NCBI GenBank assembly: GCA_949358305.1
Contig: OX442314.1
Span: 23,932,001-23,996,000 of the forward strand
Direction: 5' to 3'
Length of the DNA stretch: 64,000 nucleotides
DNA from: Strigamia acuminata
Lineage: Eukaryota
In this document: positions 13,061 to 26,276 of the stretch, one piece after another
Layout: each line of letters begins with the position of its first letter
Position numbering within the stretch: position 1 is the first letter of the stretch
The notes under the pieces: generated by a model
Told to the model about the DNA's origin: nothing
The model's database searches: none
What the model saw: only the letters and a program-made list of their open reading frames with translations
Position numbers and translations under genes: made by a program

Positions 13061-14491
13061 TAGTCACAGCCACCTTCGTCTGTTTTTGTTCATTATCTGC
13101 AATTCATTTGTATCAAAAATCAGTTTAAATTTAACAAAAATTGATTTCTTAATCTATTTACTTGACACCAATCAGATAAACTGATTTCAAACAAAAATAT
13201 TCGCCTGAAAGTAACAATTTTTTATCAAATTCGTAGGAAATTCGACATACTCACTTTTTGCTCATAATACACGTCGTTTTGGATCTTTCCACATTCTTCA
13301 AATTACATGACGTCATGTGCGGGTCAACTACAAGAGGAAAAAAAAAACACGGGTTAAGTAAATATTTTCATTAAATTTCGGGCGATTGATAAGGAAACAG
13401 CGAGGACACCGAGTAAAAAGATGTTTGTCACGAAAAATCGCCGGTTGCTTAGCACTATTTTGTTGCATTTAATTATATTTGCCGATGAAATGTTAGTTTT
13501 CAGGGTAAAGTAGGTTAATCTCGAGTTATTTTTAACCCTTTCGAGTCAAAGCTGTTTGAATAAACCTATTTTGAATTTCTCACCTCTCACGAAATACGAG
13601 CGAGTACTGCCAATGCACCACCTGATTGATAAATTTAAACAAAAAATGATTTTATACTGTTTATGTTCATCTTATCGCCGTTATATTTCACGTGAGGATT
13701 CAATTCCTTTATCACGAATTTGATTGAAAATTGCCGACCGTGGAGCCCATCGTCGACAATTTAGTCGGAACCATGCAGATACATCATAATGCTAGCCGAA
13801 GACCTAACCTAACTAACATTAAAATCAAAATTTAGATTTATTAAATAAGATATTTAAGTAGAGAATTGTAATCCAAATTAAATAACGTTTTTAATTTAAT
13901 ATTTATATTACTGGTTAATAAAATTTATAAAAAAAAAAATTATTTTGCATCGGTCTACCGCTAGACTCAACCCGTCGTGAATCATGACGGCTTATAGAAA
14001 CGATTCAATTTCACAATATAAGAGCCAATAAAACCGTCACAATTTTAACTCAAAAAATACTTTTATTCCTGCATCATCAATTATCTCACTCTATATTGAA
14101 AATTCCTACAAATTCCCTCTTCAGTACCATTTCAAATTACATTACAAATTAAGATTTTAAAAAGCATCAAACTAGAAATAAAATGTAATTTTATTACAAA
14201 AAAGAGAAAATCTGCAATGAAACACCGTGCATAGTAAGACAAATCATTACAGCACTTAGTATCCAACTAAAAAAAAAAGAAAGAAAATAGAAAGAAAAAA
14301 AAACAAAAAATTATTATGGACACACCGAATAGACAATGTAAATAATGTGCGTAGTTCGGGCTTTGAAATACAAATATTGTACAACGAAATGGAATGGGGA
14401 AAAAACGAATGCCACAAATCATAACTCAAAAAACATAAGAAAAAACACAAAATGAATAAATTTCCAGAAACATCTAATTTATTGCCTTAAT

Positions 14492-17400
14492 TTATCTCTC
14501 CTTATTCTCTTTAGGCCACTTGTCTTTAACAGTGTCATCTCGCGTTCCATTCTCATCGTTCATTTTAGTTCGACGTTCTTTTTCCGCCGACCGCGGCGAA
14601 CGTGACCGGTCGCGTCTTCTTTCGCGACTTCCGTTTCTTCGCTGCCTATCTCTGGATCGGGATCTCCGTGCCGATCTGTTTCCGCCGCGTTTCGACGCAG
14701 ATCGAGACCGGGAGCGCGAACGACGAGTACGAGAAGTGGATCTTCCACGGCGGTCGCGAGATCGCGATCTAAAACAAATAATTTTTACGTTAAAAAAGAA
14801 AAAAAACGTAAAAAGCAAAAAAAAATTTAAACTTTTACCGTCGATTGCGCCGTCGGGGACTACGACTGCGACTTCGACTGCGCGAACGACGATTTCGGAT
14901 CCTGTCTCGAGTTTCAGGATCGTCCGATCGTTCTCTTCCTTCTCTAGGCCCTCCGCCGGCACCGCCGCCGCCACCACCACCGCCGCCGCCGCCGCCTCTT
15001 CTTTCATCCCCTCTCTCGCTACGTTCTCGATCACGTTCGACCCTCTGTTTTTCTCGACGTTCGTTCACAGATTTCTAAACAAATTTAATAAAATTAAAAA
15101 CACAATTACTTTTAATTATTATTTTTCTATATTACCTTTAAATCCTCCAACTTTTCCCGAATTTTAATAAACCCAAGATGTAATTTTCCTCCAAAATGAT
15201 CAGCTAATCGCCTATCATTATCGTGAATTCCTAAATACGCTGAGCAAACTTCGCACACGCGTAATTTCTGCTGCTGGTAACTCGAAGCAGGCATTGAATT
15301 TCTATACTCTTGCTGTAAAAAAAAAATTTAAAAAAAAAAAATTAAAATATAGAATATCTAAATGGAAAATCCATTACATACCTCGGCTTGTAATTTCTTT
15401 TTCCGAATTTCTTCCACTTCCTCCATAGCTTTCAACGATTCTTCCACGTTTCCTTCCGCTCCGAGATGTTCCGCTTTGGCTAATTTTTTCCCGATCTGCT
15501 CGGCCAATTCGTGAACCTTGTTCGCCTTGGCGGCAACTTCTGCGCTCAATTCCTCCTGAGTTTCGGCGAGTCTTCGCTTCGCCAACTCCGTCCTCCTATC
15601 ACAATCGTATATGAATGCTTGAAGATGTTCCATCGCCTACAACAAAAACAAAAAACACCATTTTCATCCACTCCGTACAAAATATCCCCTCTTGGTGCCG
15701 ATTCTAAAATTTTCCATCAAATTTTCCCAAATATACTCACGTCTATATCGTAATAATAATCTTTCGCTGTGGATGCCTGCTCGTAATCAGCTCTTAAAGC
15801 AAGATCATGAATTTTGGGACATTCACCCAAATCCATCCGCTAGAAAACAAAAAAAAATGTTAATTTTTGAAATCATTTTTTTTACAGATATCCCTCTAAT
15901 AATTTCACATGATTGCCCATTGCCATATTGTATGCTTTTGAAATCGTGTTTTGATTTTAGGCTCTTGTTTTGAACCGTCTCGCTTTGTTTCACTCTATTT
16001 CGCTTTGCACGTCTCAATTAAGGCGCTGTGAGCGCAAACTGAGCAGGGTGTTTGCCCTCTGCATTAACAATTCATTGGAAAACAGAGTGAAATAAATACA
16101 GCAGAACGTCGATTATCCGAACTAATCGGGAGACACGAGTGTTCATAAAATCGATTTGGTAAGGTACGCGACAAAATGAACCAACCTCATACGAAAAGGT
16201 ATTGCCGTATTTTACCGAGTAAGAGCTGCAGCTCTTATTCAAAACTGCCACTTTCAGCCACGGCTATTAATCGAGGGCGGCTCTTATTTTAAATAGTGGC
16301 CGATATCCAATGTTATGTTCATTGAACGTATATAACCGCTGCTATTATATCAAATCGCCTCTCTCGGTCGCGGATCTTATTCGAGGGCAACTCTTAATCG
16401 ATAAAATACTGTAAGCGAGATCGCTTTTACCGAGGGATACCCGTTTATGTTTGACTTACTGTTGAAGCTAAAATATCGTGTGGGCAGCATCCTAGAAGGA
16501 AACTTTTGCACACTCTAGGATCAGTAAACTTCACTTTATACTTGTTGTTTTCTCCTGAAATTGTAACAGAAAAGAGATAATGAGTTTATCAACAATGACA
16601 ACAAAATCAATCCTGGATATTTCTCTACGCTTTAATTTCCAATCAAAAAGGTATTTTAGAAGGAAAAAAAAAGTGAAAAATCAAATCAAATCAAAAGAAT
16701 TTCTAATTTAATTTAAATTAATTTTTTTCTCTTTTAAATCTTTGATTAAAACAAGTTCAAAGGCCTCCACATTCTCCAGCAAGACTTTAAAAAACAAAAA
16801 TCATAAAAATGTCTCTCAAAAATAAAAAAAATAATAATAATAATAAAAAAAATAATAATAAAAAAAATTTTTCTTTTAAAATTTTTAAAATTTTAAATAT
16901 GGACGATTCTTTTCTTTTATAAATCAATTCATGTTTAGTTTTTTTTTTTCTTTTTCTTATTAAGAACTCACGTCCTGCTTTTTCTCACAACCTTTAACTT
17001 TTTCTATTTCTCGGGCCTGAAAAAATATAATATAAAAAAAACAAACAGCAACAAAAAGATCTCATCATTCATCATCACCCTGAAGAAAGGCAGAAGATAT
17101 ATACAAAGTAAAAATGCTTGATATACACACGTGCTCAGCCATGCCGCCCTACGACAGACTCCTTTAACACATCCCTTTAATGTACAGTATACTTATTTGC
17201 ATTTTGTACCCTAGAAACAAGAATTTGGTAATCAGTTAGGGATAAAAACCCAACTTCAAGCAAAGGAATGGGGCAAAGAACACAAAATACTGAGTGTAAA
17301 TTTTTTTCACTTTCAAATTGGAGCTAATGTTGAGTGAATTAAACTAAAAACAAATCGACATAAAACCACGTCACTTTAATACCCATTTTCTAACCCATCG

Positions 17401-20400
17401 GCCCTACAATCAACAGAAGAGAACAAATTTCTTGCTGCTAGACTCTTAGCAGGAAATTGCTTTGCAAACATGCAATTTCCCCACAAAAACGCCGGAAATG
17501 GCGTCAATTTTGCTGCATCTAACGTTTCATCAAACATTTGTTTTCATTTGAATCTGGCGGAAAAGCAAGCACAAAAATGTACACATTACAACAGCCCGCG
17601 CCGGTTACGGTAGCTTGATACACAAATTTTACAAATAACTAACGTGTGCAATTAACAATTTTAGACTTTTATGATTTCGTGTGCAAAAAATGGAATCTAG
17701 CGTTTGTATTTGCCATCAAGATGCCGGGTGCAGACTCACAGATACTTGCATCGTTTTTACAGTCAATCCCGCTGGTGTAAACAAGATATACCCAGACGAC
17801 TGTTATTTTGTTCCAGAAAAACAGATCATAAAATGAAATCACGCTAGCGATGACCTACTGTTTCTGGGTACCCCCTTAAAACCAGTACGGAGTTGGCAAG
17901 TCTAGAAAATAAAAACCTATAGTATGTTATAGCACTTAAACTGCTGCATCCTGGATTAAATCAATCAAGTGTGGAAACGTTCAGCTGGATCTAACATCCA
18001 TTAATTACTCAACATTGCTTCAATTCACTCGTTTGTATTCTTTTCAGCATGCATTTTTTTAAACATATAAACCCTCCATTTTTTTTTTTTTATTAATTTT
18101 TTTTTTTTTACATAAACAAATTTCCCATTAATAAAACAGTACCAAAATGAGTACTGATGTTATTTACATTATTTCAAACAAAAAAATACGTACTTAGAGA
18201 AAAGTAAACATTCGATGCGCTTCGCTGGGCTTAAAATTCTATCGATGTCCTTTTTTATTTTGGTCTTTTATTATTTTTAATAATAATAAAACAAGTTAAT
18301 CGACCAGAAGAAAAAAAAATAAAAATTTGGAAAAGGATTATAAAAAAAGTATACACTCATGTCTATATGAAATGATGCAACTCACGGCATTTTGGCCCCA
18401 GTACTGACTCTCAGTTTCTTAAATGGCTTGGGATTCACCAGTTTTACAATGAAGAAGCCTTTAAAATATCATGGGATTCGGATCAGCATTCGGTATTAAC
18501 ACATACTCCTTACACAAATTTTAAGGCAATTAGAACAACGAGCTAAACGTGTGCTATCGACAATCAATTTAACATTAAATCAGTCGCGTGAAATTGCTGT
18601 CCAAACGTCCACCATTTTTCTAAATTTCAATATACATTGCGGACAGTTTGCGCACGGCTACTTATAACTTCACTTACAATTTACCGCTGGGTGGGCACGA
18701 TTGGTCAGTATCGAGCGGGTGATGGCCACAAGTTTACAAGTCAGACTTATCTGTTTGCGCAAACTGCCCAATGTAATGGATTTTCAAAAATTGCATTAGG
18801 GTATCGGTAATTCAATGACACTACAATTTTTTACCTAGACAATTTTGACCAAAAATAACGAAATTATTCTCAACTTTGACCAGAAGTAATCAAAATATTA
18901 ATAATGCAACTGAAACAGATGTATTGGTCAAACATTGCTGGCACCTTACTGTATTACCCCGCTTATTGCCGCATGCCGTTGGTTTATGACCGCTTTCAAA
19001 TTGTACCAATAAAGTCTGTTTTTTTGTTTAAAAGAGCCCAGATGATAAATTGTGTTAAAATTTGGGCCTGAAATTTAAGATTTCTTAATATTTTGAAGAT
19101 TACTACTATATTTTTGGAAAATGTAAAGATTTTTAGGCCAATTTCCTACATTTTGGACATCTAAATATGTTTTAAGCATGTTTTGGGCTTAAAATTAAAA
19201 AAAAAATTTGTACTCACTTACACCGGCATTCCGGTGGCAATAAGCGGGGTAATATGGTAGCTATTTTACATAGCACTGCTAATGCTATGCTAACTACAAC
19301 TCGCGCCCAGTATCCAAAATCATACTACGCATCCCATTTCCTACTTCCAGTCGTTATTTAGCAGCGTCAAGCCAAAAATTACGCCTAAATGCTAACATTA
19401 CGCCTAAAATAAAGTAAATAAACAACAATAATCTCATTAACAAAAGTAATTTCTAGTTTGAATTTGGCATCAAGATACTGGGTACAAACTGTAGCTTTTT
19501 ATCGTTAATTCTAGACTATTTCAGTTCATTTTTCGATCTATTTACTTCTGGTCAAGCGAAAAATTGAATTCTGCAATGTTTCTTTTCTGAGATGTTCTCT
19601 GAAAATCGACTTATGTTTGAAAGAAAATATAAACTGACAGTTACAATTCGAAAGACAATTTTCTGTATTTTACACAGTCAGACCCTGATTAAAAGTCCTC
19701 GCTTCCATTTTTCTAAAATTATTTAAATATTTTAAATAAGACATCAAAAGGATGTTTAACATTCCCTTCATCATTACAACAATTAATGAACAATCAATGA
19801 ACTTGCACAATCGGCTAAAAGGTTGGCGGGTCAAACTACTTAGTACAACTGGTCAACTGTATTTATAGTTTTTTTTCTTCACTGCCAAGAAAATTAATTG
19901 CCATCGCGGCGGACCATTGGCGCTTTGTTTAGCGATAAAAATAGTGGAAAACTATCGGATTGGTTGCGCTATTTTTAATTTTCGTCCAAGATTCTGTCGG
20001 ACTTATTAAATTAGCACTGTTTCGGGGGCAAATTACAAACCGCAAAATCTAATAAGATTCAACTTTAGTCGACGTAAAAACGTTGCTTCATAATGAAACA
20101 GATTTAGGAAAAGCTGTTGGGGAACATTAAATTCAACTAATTTTGGAAAATGGTACTCATTACATTAAATGGTAGTAATAATCAAAGAAAACTACCATTC
20201 CAACTTTCCAGTCTCTTATTTGTCGACTTTCGTGATAAAATGTTGTTTTAACCCTAAAAATCGACGATTTAAATATAAAATATTGATCTAATAAATCGTC
20301 AGCCGACTGTAAATATCTCAAGTCTAATATTTACGAAACATAAGTCGATTTCAGAGCTAATTTCATTAATTTACCTTTTTTTAAAAACACATTTCCTTTC

Positions 20401-20871
20401 TAAAAATAAAAATAAAATCAGAAAAAAAATATCTTTAAAGAGTTAAATTGCAGTGCACGTTGGTTAGTTAAATATTATTTATTTTAAAAAATATATATAT
20501 ATATTTTGTCTAAATAATTCTAACCAATGTGCATTCAAATGTTATACTTTACCAACATCAAACTGTTTCTGCCGATTGTGGGAATTATGCAAATTCCTTT
20601 CATTTTAGTCGTAATGTCTGAAACACCGATACTCTTTGCAAAAATAACATTGAGAATGATTTAAACGCTAAAAAATCAATAAATTATTAAGACAATTTGT
20701 TTTTCTTCCGAACTTACCACAACCTGATTTGAATTTTCTACATTTGGACTTACAATTTCACTGCAACAATTCCAAGAGAAAAAAATCGCTTAAAAAGAAT
20801 ATATGCCAGGAAATATTTTTCGCTTTCCGTAATATAATTTTCAAACGATTTTTCAAGTTGTTTTTTTCTTA

Positions 20872-20903
<32 letters not shown>

Positions 20904-21065
20904 AAAACCAAAAGCAAAGTGAGCGCTACAAAATGGCGACCACATTTTTAGTAGATAAAACATATATGCAATCAATTTGCTGTAAAGATTGCTTTTCAAC
21001 TCACCATCACGTCCAGTTCCCATCAGTTGGTCGAGCATTTGTCGCATTTGCTCGTGAGCTGACAT
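14492..21065 (-). CDS. LUC7L: LUC7-like (LUC7L/LUC7L2 type) U1 snRNP-associated splicing factor
   Basis: Exons 21065-21005, 16554-16460, 15839-15741, 15636-15382, 15312-15136, 15074-14839 and 14768-14492 give MSAHEQMRQMLDQLMG, VCKSFLLGCCPHDIL, KLRVCEVCSAYLG..DNDRRLADHFGGKLHLG and an RS tail. Confidence 0.93.
16205..16411. mobile_element. CCGTA-terminated MITE (Tc1/pogo-like) in LUC7 intron 2
   Basis: CCGTATTTTACCGAGTAAGAG ... CTCTTAATCGATAAAATACTG-TA; internal repeated CTCTTATT / TCGAGGGC motifs. Confidence 0.65.
18949..19257. mobile_element. MITE with TA flanks in LUC7 intron 1
   Basis: Perfect 19-bp inverted core TATTACCCCGCTTATTGCC / GGCAATAAGCGGGGTAATA; TA on both sides. Confidence 0.8.
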
Positions 21066-21417
21066 ATTTGCCGAGTTAACAGACGTGGCTATGGAAAAAA
21101 ATTAGACGAAGAACACTGCGACTAAAACAACAACAACACAACGAAATCAGCCGCAGCCTCGTTATCGCTTTGTAGACACGTAGCGCCACCGTTCGGCCAG
21201 AACAATCCCACAAAGCGCCGTTCAAACTGCGCGTGCTCAATACGTTCTCCCAGTCTACTTATAAACGACAACTACGTAAATTAAGTCATTCTAACGTTTT
21301 CTTCGCTTCCTCCTAGTGTCATCGGTGACAAACATTTTTCAAAGCGGCATGCTGCGATAGTTGTGGTGATAGTGCCCAAGAAATTCCATAATTGATTAAC
21401 ATTTAAGCCGCGAAGCA
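21066..21417. promoter_or_regulatory. Putative bidirectional promoter, LUC7-like / CPSF4
   Basis: Divergent ATGs 352 bp apart; CpG-richer than the flanks. Confidence 0.6.
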
Positions 21418-22522
21418 ATGCAGGAAATCATAGCTAGCGTTGAACACATTCATTTCGACATCGAATATGCCTTGGAACAGCAGCTGGGCGCTTTGCCTCT
21501 TCCCTTCCCGGGGATGGACAGTAAGAAGACCTCAGCAGCTTTATTTATTTATAACGGAATAAAAAACATTTTTCTTAATTTACAGAATCCGGCGCAGCAG
21601 TTTGCGAATTCTACGCGCGCACCACATGCAGCAAAGGAGCCGCCTGTCCCTTCCGACACGTCAAGGGCGATCGCACTGTTGTGTGCAAACATTGGCTACG
21701 AGGACTTTGTAAAAAAGGCGACCAGTGCGAATTCCTACACGAATACGACATGACTAAAATGCCCGAATGTTACTTCTATTCCCGATTCAGTAATTAAATT
21801 AAATTAAATTAATTAATTAAATGTTTATTAACAATTCTTTAACGTTTTTAGATGCGTGTAGTAATAAGGAATGTCCTTTTCTTCACATTGATCCAGAATC
21901 TAAAATTAAAGATTGCCCTTGGTACGACAGAGGATTTTGTAGGCATGGTAATGATGTTTAGATTGAGGTTAAATCGTGTTATTTAAGTTTGTTTTTGTAT
22001 TTTTAAGGTCCGAATTGTAGACATCGGCATACTCGAAGAGTTATGTGTTACAATTACATATGTGGATTCTGTCCGGAAGGAGAAATATGTAAATTTATGC
22101 ATCCGAAGTTTGAATTGCCTACTCAGGATCCGAACCAACAAGCGAAAAAGGCGAATATAGTGTGTCATTACTGCGGGGAGGCCGGTCACAAAGCAGTTTC
22201 GTGTCTTAAAATGCCGCCCGAGCTGCGGGAACAGCAACATGCGAAACAACTCGAAGCTCAGCAAAATTATCAAGCTCAGTTATCGGCGTTTCAGGAACAG
22301 AATCAAATGCAGAAACAGTATCGACCGTTGGATCAAGTGACGTGCTTCAAGGTGGTTTGGATTTATTTTCATTTGGGGAAAATTTGTTACTAATTATTTT
22401 TTTATTTTTTATTTTAGTGTGGTGAGAAAGGTCATTACGCGAACAAGTGTCCAAAAGGTCATTTGGCATTTTTAAGCAGCGCTCTACATCAGCAACAACA
22501 ACAGCCTCATCATCATCGATGA
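21418..22522 (+). CDS. CPSF4: Cleavage and polyadenylation specificity factor 30 kDa (Clipper)
   Basis: Five exons; MQEIIASV..I.FDIE.ALEQQLGA.PLPFPGMDKSG, five CCCH fingers (VCKHWLRGLCKKGDQCEFLHEYD etc.) and two CCHC knuckles (CHYCGEAGHKAVSC, CFKCGEKGHYANKC). Confidence 0.95.
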
Positions 22523-22744
22523 GATTCCACCATCGATTCATGAGATTTCATATTATTTCTTGATTTTTATTTCTGTAATCAAATTAGATGTAGAAATGAT
22601 TTCAAACGTCATCATCATATTTTAATTTCAATTTTTTTTTTCCGGGTGTATTGAAACTACACAACAATGTTACTTATCAGATTATTAAAAAAAAATAAAA
22701 AGAATTTTTTTTTTATTCAATTTGCATATTTATTTTATTAGAAA

Positions 22745-24112
22745 TTACACAAAAATCTCCGGCGTGGACCAATCGCCCGCCGAGTTTTGAGTGTTTTCCA
22801 TGACGCAAGCCAACAACCTGGTAGAATTAACACTAACTCCGTGCACCACATTTAAATACATGACATTAGGCTTTGCTTCGTATTGGGCTAACAACCGATG
22901 ACTGATAAAATCCGAACAAATCCCCACGTAACCAATCTCTACATATTCACCCGCGCAAGGTGACCACATTTGAAAACTCGTCTTTAAACTCTGCGTGAAA
23001 TTCAACTTGTGCGCGGATAAATTCACGACCCTGAAATGTATTCCGAGTTTTTTCAACTCGTTCGTCAACAACTCGACCATTTTCGCGTGTTCTAAATCCG
23101 TTTTATCATCATCGTTCTCAATTGCGATGAAAAAATTAACACGGGACGATTGAAGACTTTTAAATAAACCTAAACTCGCATCGAAATTAACGTCGTACCG
23201 ACGCCCCATGCAGAAATAGCTCAAAGGCAAATTCTTTAATCGTTCGACGCTCCTTCGCATGTAAAATCCGTAAAACGACTCCAACGACGCTCCGCCGACT
23301 AAATGATATCCACTTCCGGGTTCGTCCGTGTCCAGAAGAAAACTTCTGCTTTTGTCCATGAATCCGTGTCCGCAAGCTTCGACTAACGGTGGTTTACACA
23401 AATCGGGATTAGACGTCTGCGTGAATTTACACGATTCGTGAAAATTCGTGAAATAGTTGATGGAATTTAATTCAAACATGGCCGCTCTTTTGCACAAATA
23501 GTAACTCGTGGGCGACACATCGGAGGAAATAATTTCGCCCTTAATTCGTCCAATTTCCACGTGACTTTTCGGCTTGAAATCGAATCGGGGAATCGATAAA
23601 AACTCGAACAATTGCTCGTCTTGTTCGATCGGTGTTTTCGGGTGTAATTCGTTTGGTAACTGGAAAATCGGGATGATTACGTCGTTTTCCAATCGGTATA
23701 TTAACGACGACGTTTGTTTCCATTTTTCGGTTAATTTTTCCAGATCCTTGTCCATTCTGCCGTCGTTGTGTGTCTTTAAACATTCTTTCAGACGGTGTCG
23801 TTCTTTCTGAATTTCTTCTTTTTCGCTTTGCAATTTGAATAAATCTTTCAGTCCGTTTTTAAGTTGGTCTACATCGGCTTTCATTTTTCTGTGTTTTAAA
23901 TTGCTCTCGACGTTTCGAAATATTTTCTCGTGGTTGATGTTTGGTTTGAGTACAGATGCGAATTTACACGCTTTATCACCGGGGATGTAAAGGCATGAAA
24001 GGACAGGCTCCTCTTGTGTTTCAATTTTAGGCATAATCTTAGAAAATGATGAATTTCTGCGGATATATCTTGAATTGCTCAACTTTCTGATGATAATACT
24101 TGCGACAGACAT
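22745..24112 (-). CDS. Slimp: Seryl-tRNA synthetase-like mitochondrial protein (SLIMP-type degenerate SerRS paralog), intronless
   Basis: SerRS-like coiled coil, LPN.LHP..P and KSHVEIG; HLVGGAS motif; class II motif 2/3 positions degenerate (CMGRRY, VVHGVSVNSTRLLAC); basic N-terminal presequence. Confidence 0.8.
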   Translation of the reverse strand: MSVASIIIRKLSNSRYIRRNSSFSKIMPKIETQEEPVLSCLYIPGDKACKFASVLKPNINHEKIFRNVESNLKHRKMKADVDQLKNGLKDLFKLQSEKEEIQKERHRLKECLKTHNDGRMDKDLEKLTEKWKQTSSLIYRLENDVIIPIFQLPNELHPKTPIEQDEQLFEFLSIPRFDFKPKSHVEIGRIKGEIISSDVSPTSYYLCKRAAMFELNSINYFTNFHESCKFTQTSNPDLCKPPLVEACGHGFMDKSRSFLLDTDEPGSGYHLVGGASLESFYGFYMRRSVERLKNLPLSYFCMGRRYDVNFDASLGLFKSLQSSRVNFFIAIENDDDKTDLEHAKMVELLTNELKKLGIHFRVVNLSAHKLNFTQSLKTSFQMWSPCAGEYVEIGYVGICSDFISHRLLAQYEAKPNVMYLNVVHGVSVNSTRLLACVMENTQNSAGDWSTPEIFV

Positions 24113-24604
24113 GATTGAGAATCAATCTGAACTGTATCTGATCGTGTTTGTAATTTGTCTGAAATTGTTGATATTTATTTTAGTATAAATCAATATAAAC
24201 AGTCGTGTAATAAAAAATGTGCTCACCAATCCTCCATGCGGTTGCCGGCAATACAGCTCTTTACACGTTAAATTTTATATTGCCACCAGGAGTAATTGAT
24301 CAACAATATTTGCATGTGATGTATTGTGTTTATACATGGTTTTCTTGAAAATTAGCTCACTTTTAGAAATAAATGCATGTTATGTTAATTTGTGATACAT
24401 TTTGTAAACGTGTATTTCGATTCTTAGGGTTGGATTGATTCAATATTGATTGCAAACTCCAGGACACAGAGCAGAATTTTAACACAGGGAGCCGTACAGC
24501 TGTCATCCTGGGTAACTTTAGGGGAAAACGGACTAACGTGATTTTGTACAATTTATACAAGTGATAAAATAAGAAGAACCCTTCAAAAAGAGAGAGAAAG
24601 AAGA

Positions 24605-26220
24605 ATGACGGATTTTAAAAGTCGTTTTCGAAGTCTGGACTTTCCACAATTTGCGAAAGAAGCGCTAAATCAATTGGAAATTTGGTGTTGTAATCCAAAG
24701 TCCGGTCAGCATCAGAGGATAATACAAGAAGTGATCGATGAATTTATATTTTGTGAAATTGACAGAAGAGGGAACAGAGCCAAAGTAAAAAATTAATTAA
24801 TTAATTAATTAATTAATTCAATACGAATAATAATTTTATAAAAATCAATTTCAGAAACTCACTGCAGTTCAAGAATTTCAACTTCTGCAAGTGCTCTGCG
24901 ATTATTTCGAGAATAAGAAGACGGAAATCGTGAGAAATACCGTATTTTTGCACTTATTCCACTACGAAGGAAGTGGAAGCAACAAAATGAAAATCCTCAG
25001 CAAATTAGTATCGCTGAGTATTGCCAGTAAAAACGCAACTGTTCTGAAATGCACCGCTGTTTGGATGCAGGTTTTCATAAATAATTTCAAATTTTCCCCA
25101 AAATAAATGCAAATTACAAATATTTTTCTTTTCCAGCAACAAGGCTGCACTTCTGACATCGTAGTATCACTGATTAAAGACTTGGTTAATGATTACTTCA
25201 TCTTAGTTCCACGCTCAGCGTCTTTTCTAAACGAATTACCACAAATTTGTATCCACTTCACGTCGCATTTTGTTACGGGGGCGACGGCGCTTTATAATTG
25301 TAATATTTTATTTTTTAAATGATATAATTCTTCATATAATTTTCCATATAAATTTTTCATTTAGGTCCAAAAAAAGAACGTGAAATGCCAAGCGGGTTAC
25401 TTTTGCTTATCACGCGATGGGTATCTTCGAACGAACAGCTTTGTTTTGCACCACTGATGATAAATCTGTACAAATGTCTTCCACAAGGCACCATCATCAT
25501 GCCTTGTTTGAACCCTTTCGCAGGACTTATTCGATGGTGCATTCAAGCACCATTGCTGCAAGATCTTAACGTTTGTTTCGTGGGGCCGGAACAAGGACCA
25601 AATGAAAGATCCGGAAAAATTCAAATTTATTCCCAGGTAATAATAAAACGAGATACTAGGCCAACTTAGTCTGTTTAACAGCAAGTTAAACATGTTTTGT
25701 TGTTCGAAAAAGTAATTTTTCTAACTTAAAAATTCATCTTTGCACTTAATTGTACTTTACGTGCCTAAAAAATTAAATTTTTAAATTATTTGTACCGGTA
25801 TTTAAAATCAAATTGTAATATTATGAATATTATGAGGGGGCGTAAATTATCAATTATAAATACAAATATAATTTTCATTTTGTTAATGTAAAATATTAAA
25901 TTTTTCAGCTGTACATTGGAATCCTCGAATCCATGACAGAAGTTGAGAAACACCAATCAGAATTGATCCAAAAAGAAGTGCTAACAACTCGTGATTGGCT
26001 CGGTTTAATCGACGGCTTGCACACGCTCATCTCGAAATGTGTCCAAGTGCCCGACGAAAACAACCTGAATCTCGCATTGGAAAGACTCGGACAAACGATA
26101 CAAATGGCAGTGGCCACAGCCTCGTTTCGGGGCAACATGGCCGATATTTGTTGCCACATTGTAAACAGATTACCCAACCACAGACTGCTTAATGTCATTG
26201 TAAAAAAATATAATACCTAA
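24605..26220 (+). CDS. INTS15: Integrator complex subunit 15 (C7orf26 homolog), multi-exon
   Basis: AKEAL..LEI, IDEFIFCE, LTAVQEFQLLQVLCDYF, LSKLVSLSIA, VLKCTAVWMQ, PFAGLIRWCI.APL and LALERLGQTIQMAVA match the family as recalled. Confidence 0.82.
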
Positions 26221-26276
26221 AATTATTTTACCAAAAGAAAAAAATAACATATTTTTTTATTATTATCTTTTTCCTA

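Noticed and set aside
14520..15167. 215-aa plus-strand ORF
   Set aside because: Antisense of the low-complexity RS/RE exons of LUC7-like.
18194..18229. Another possible 36-nt cassette exon in LUC7 intron 1
   Set aside because: Weak AAG acceptor; in frame with no stop; not distinguishable from chance.
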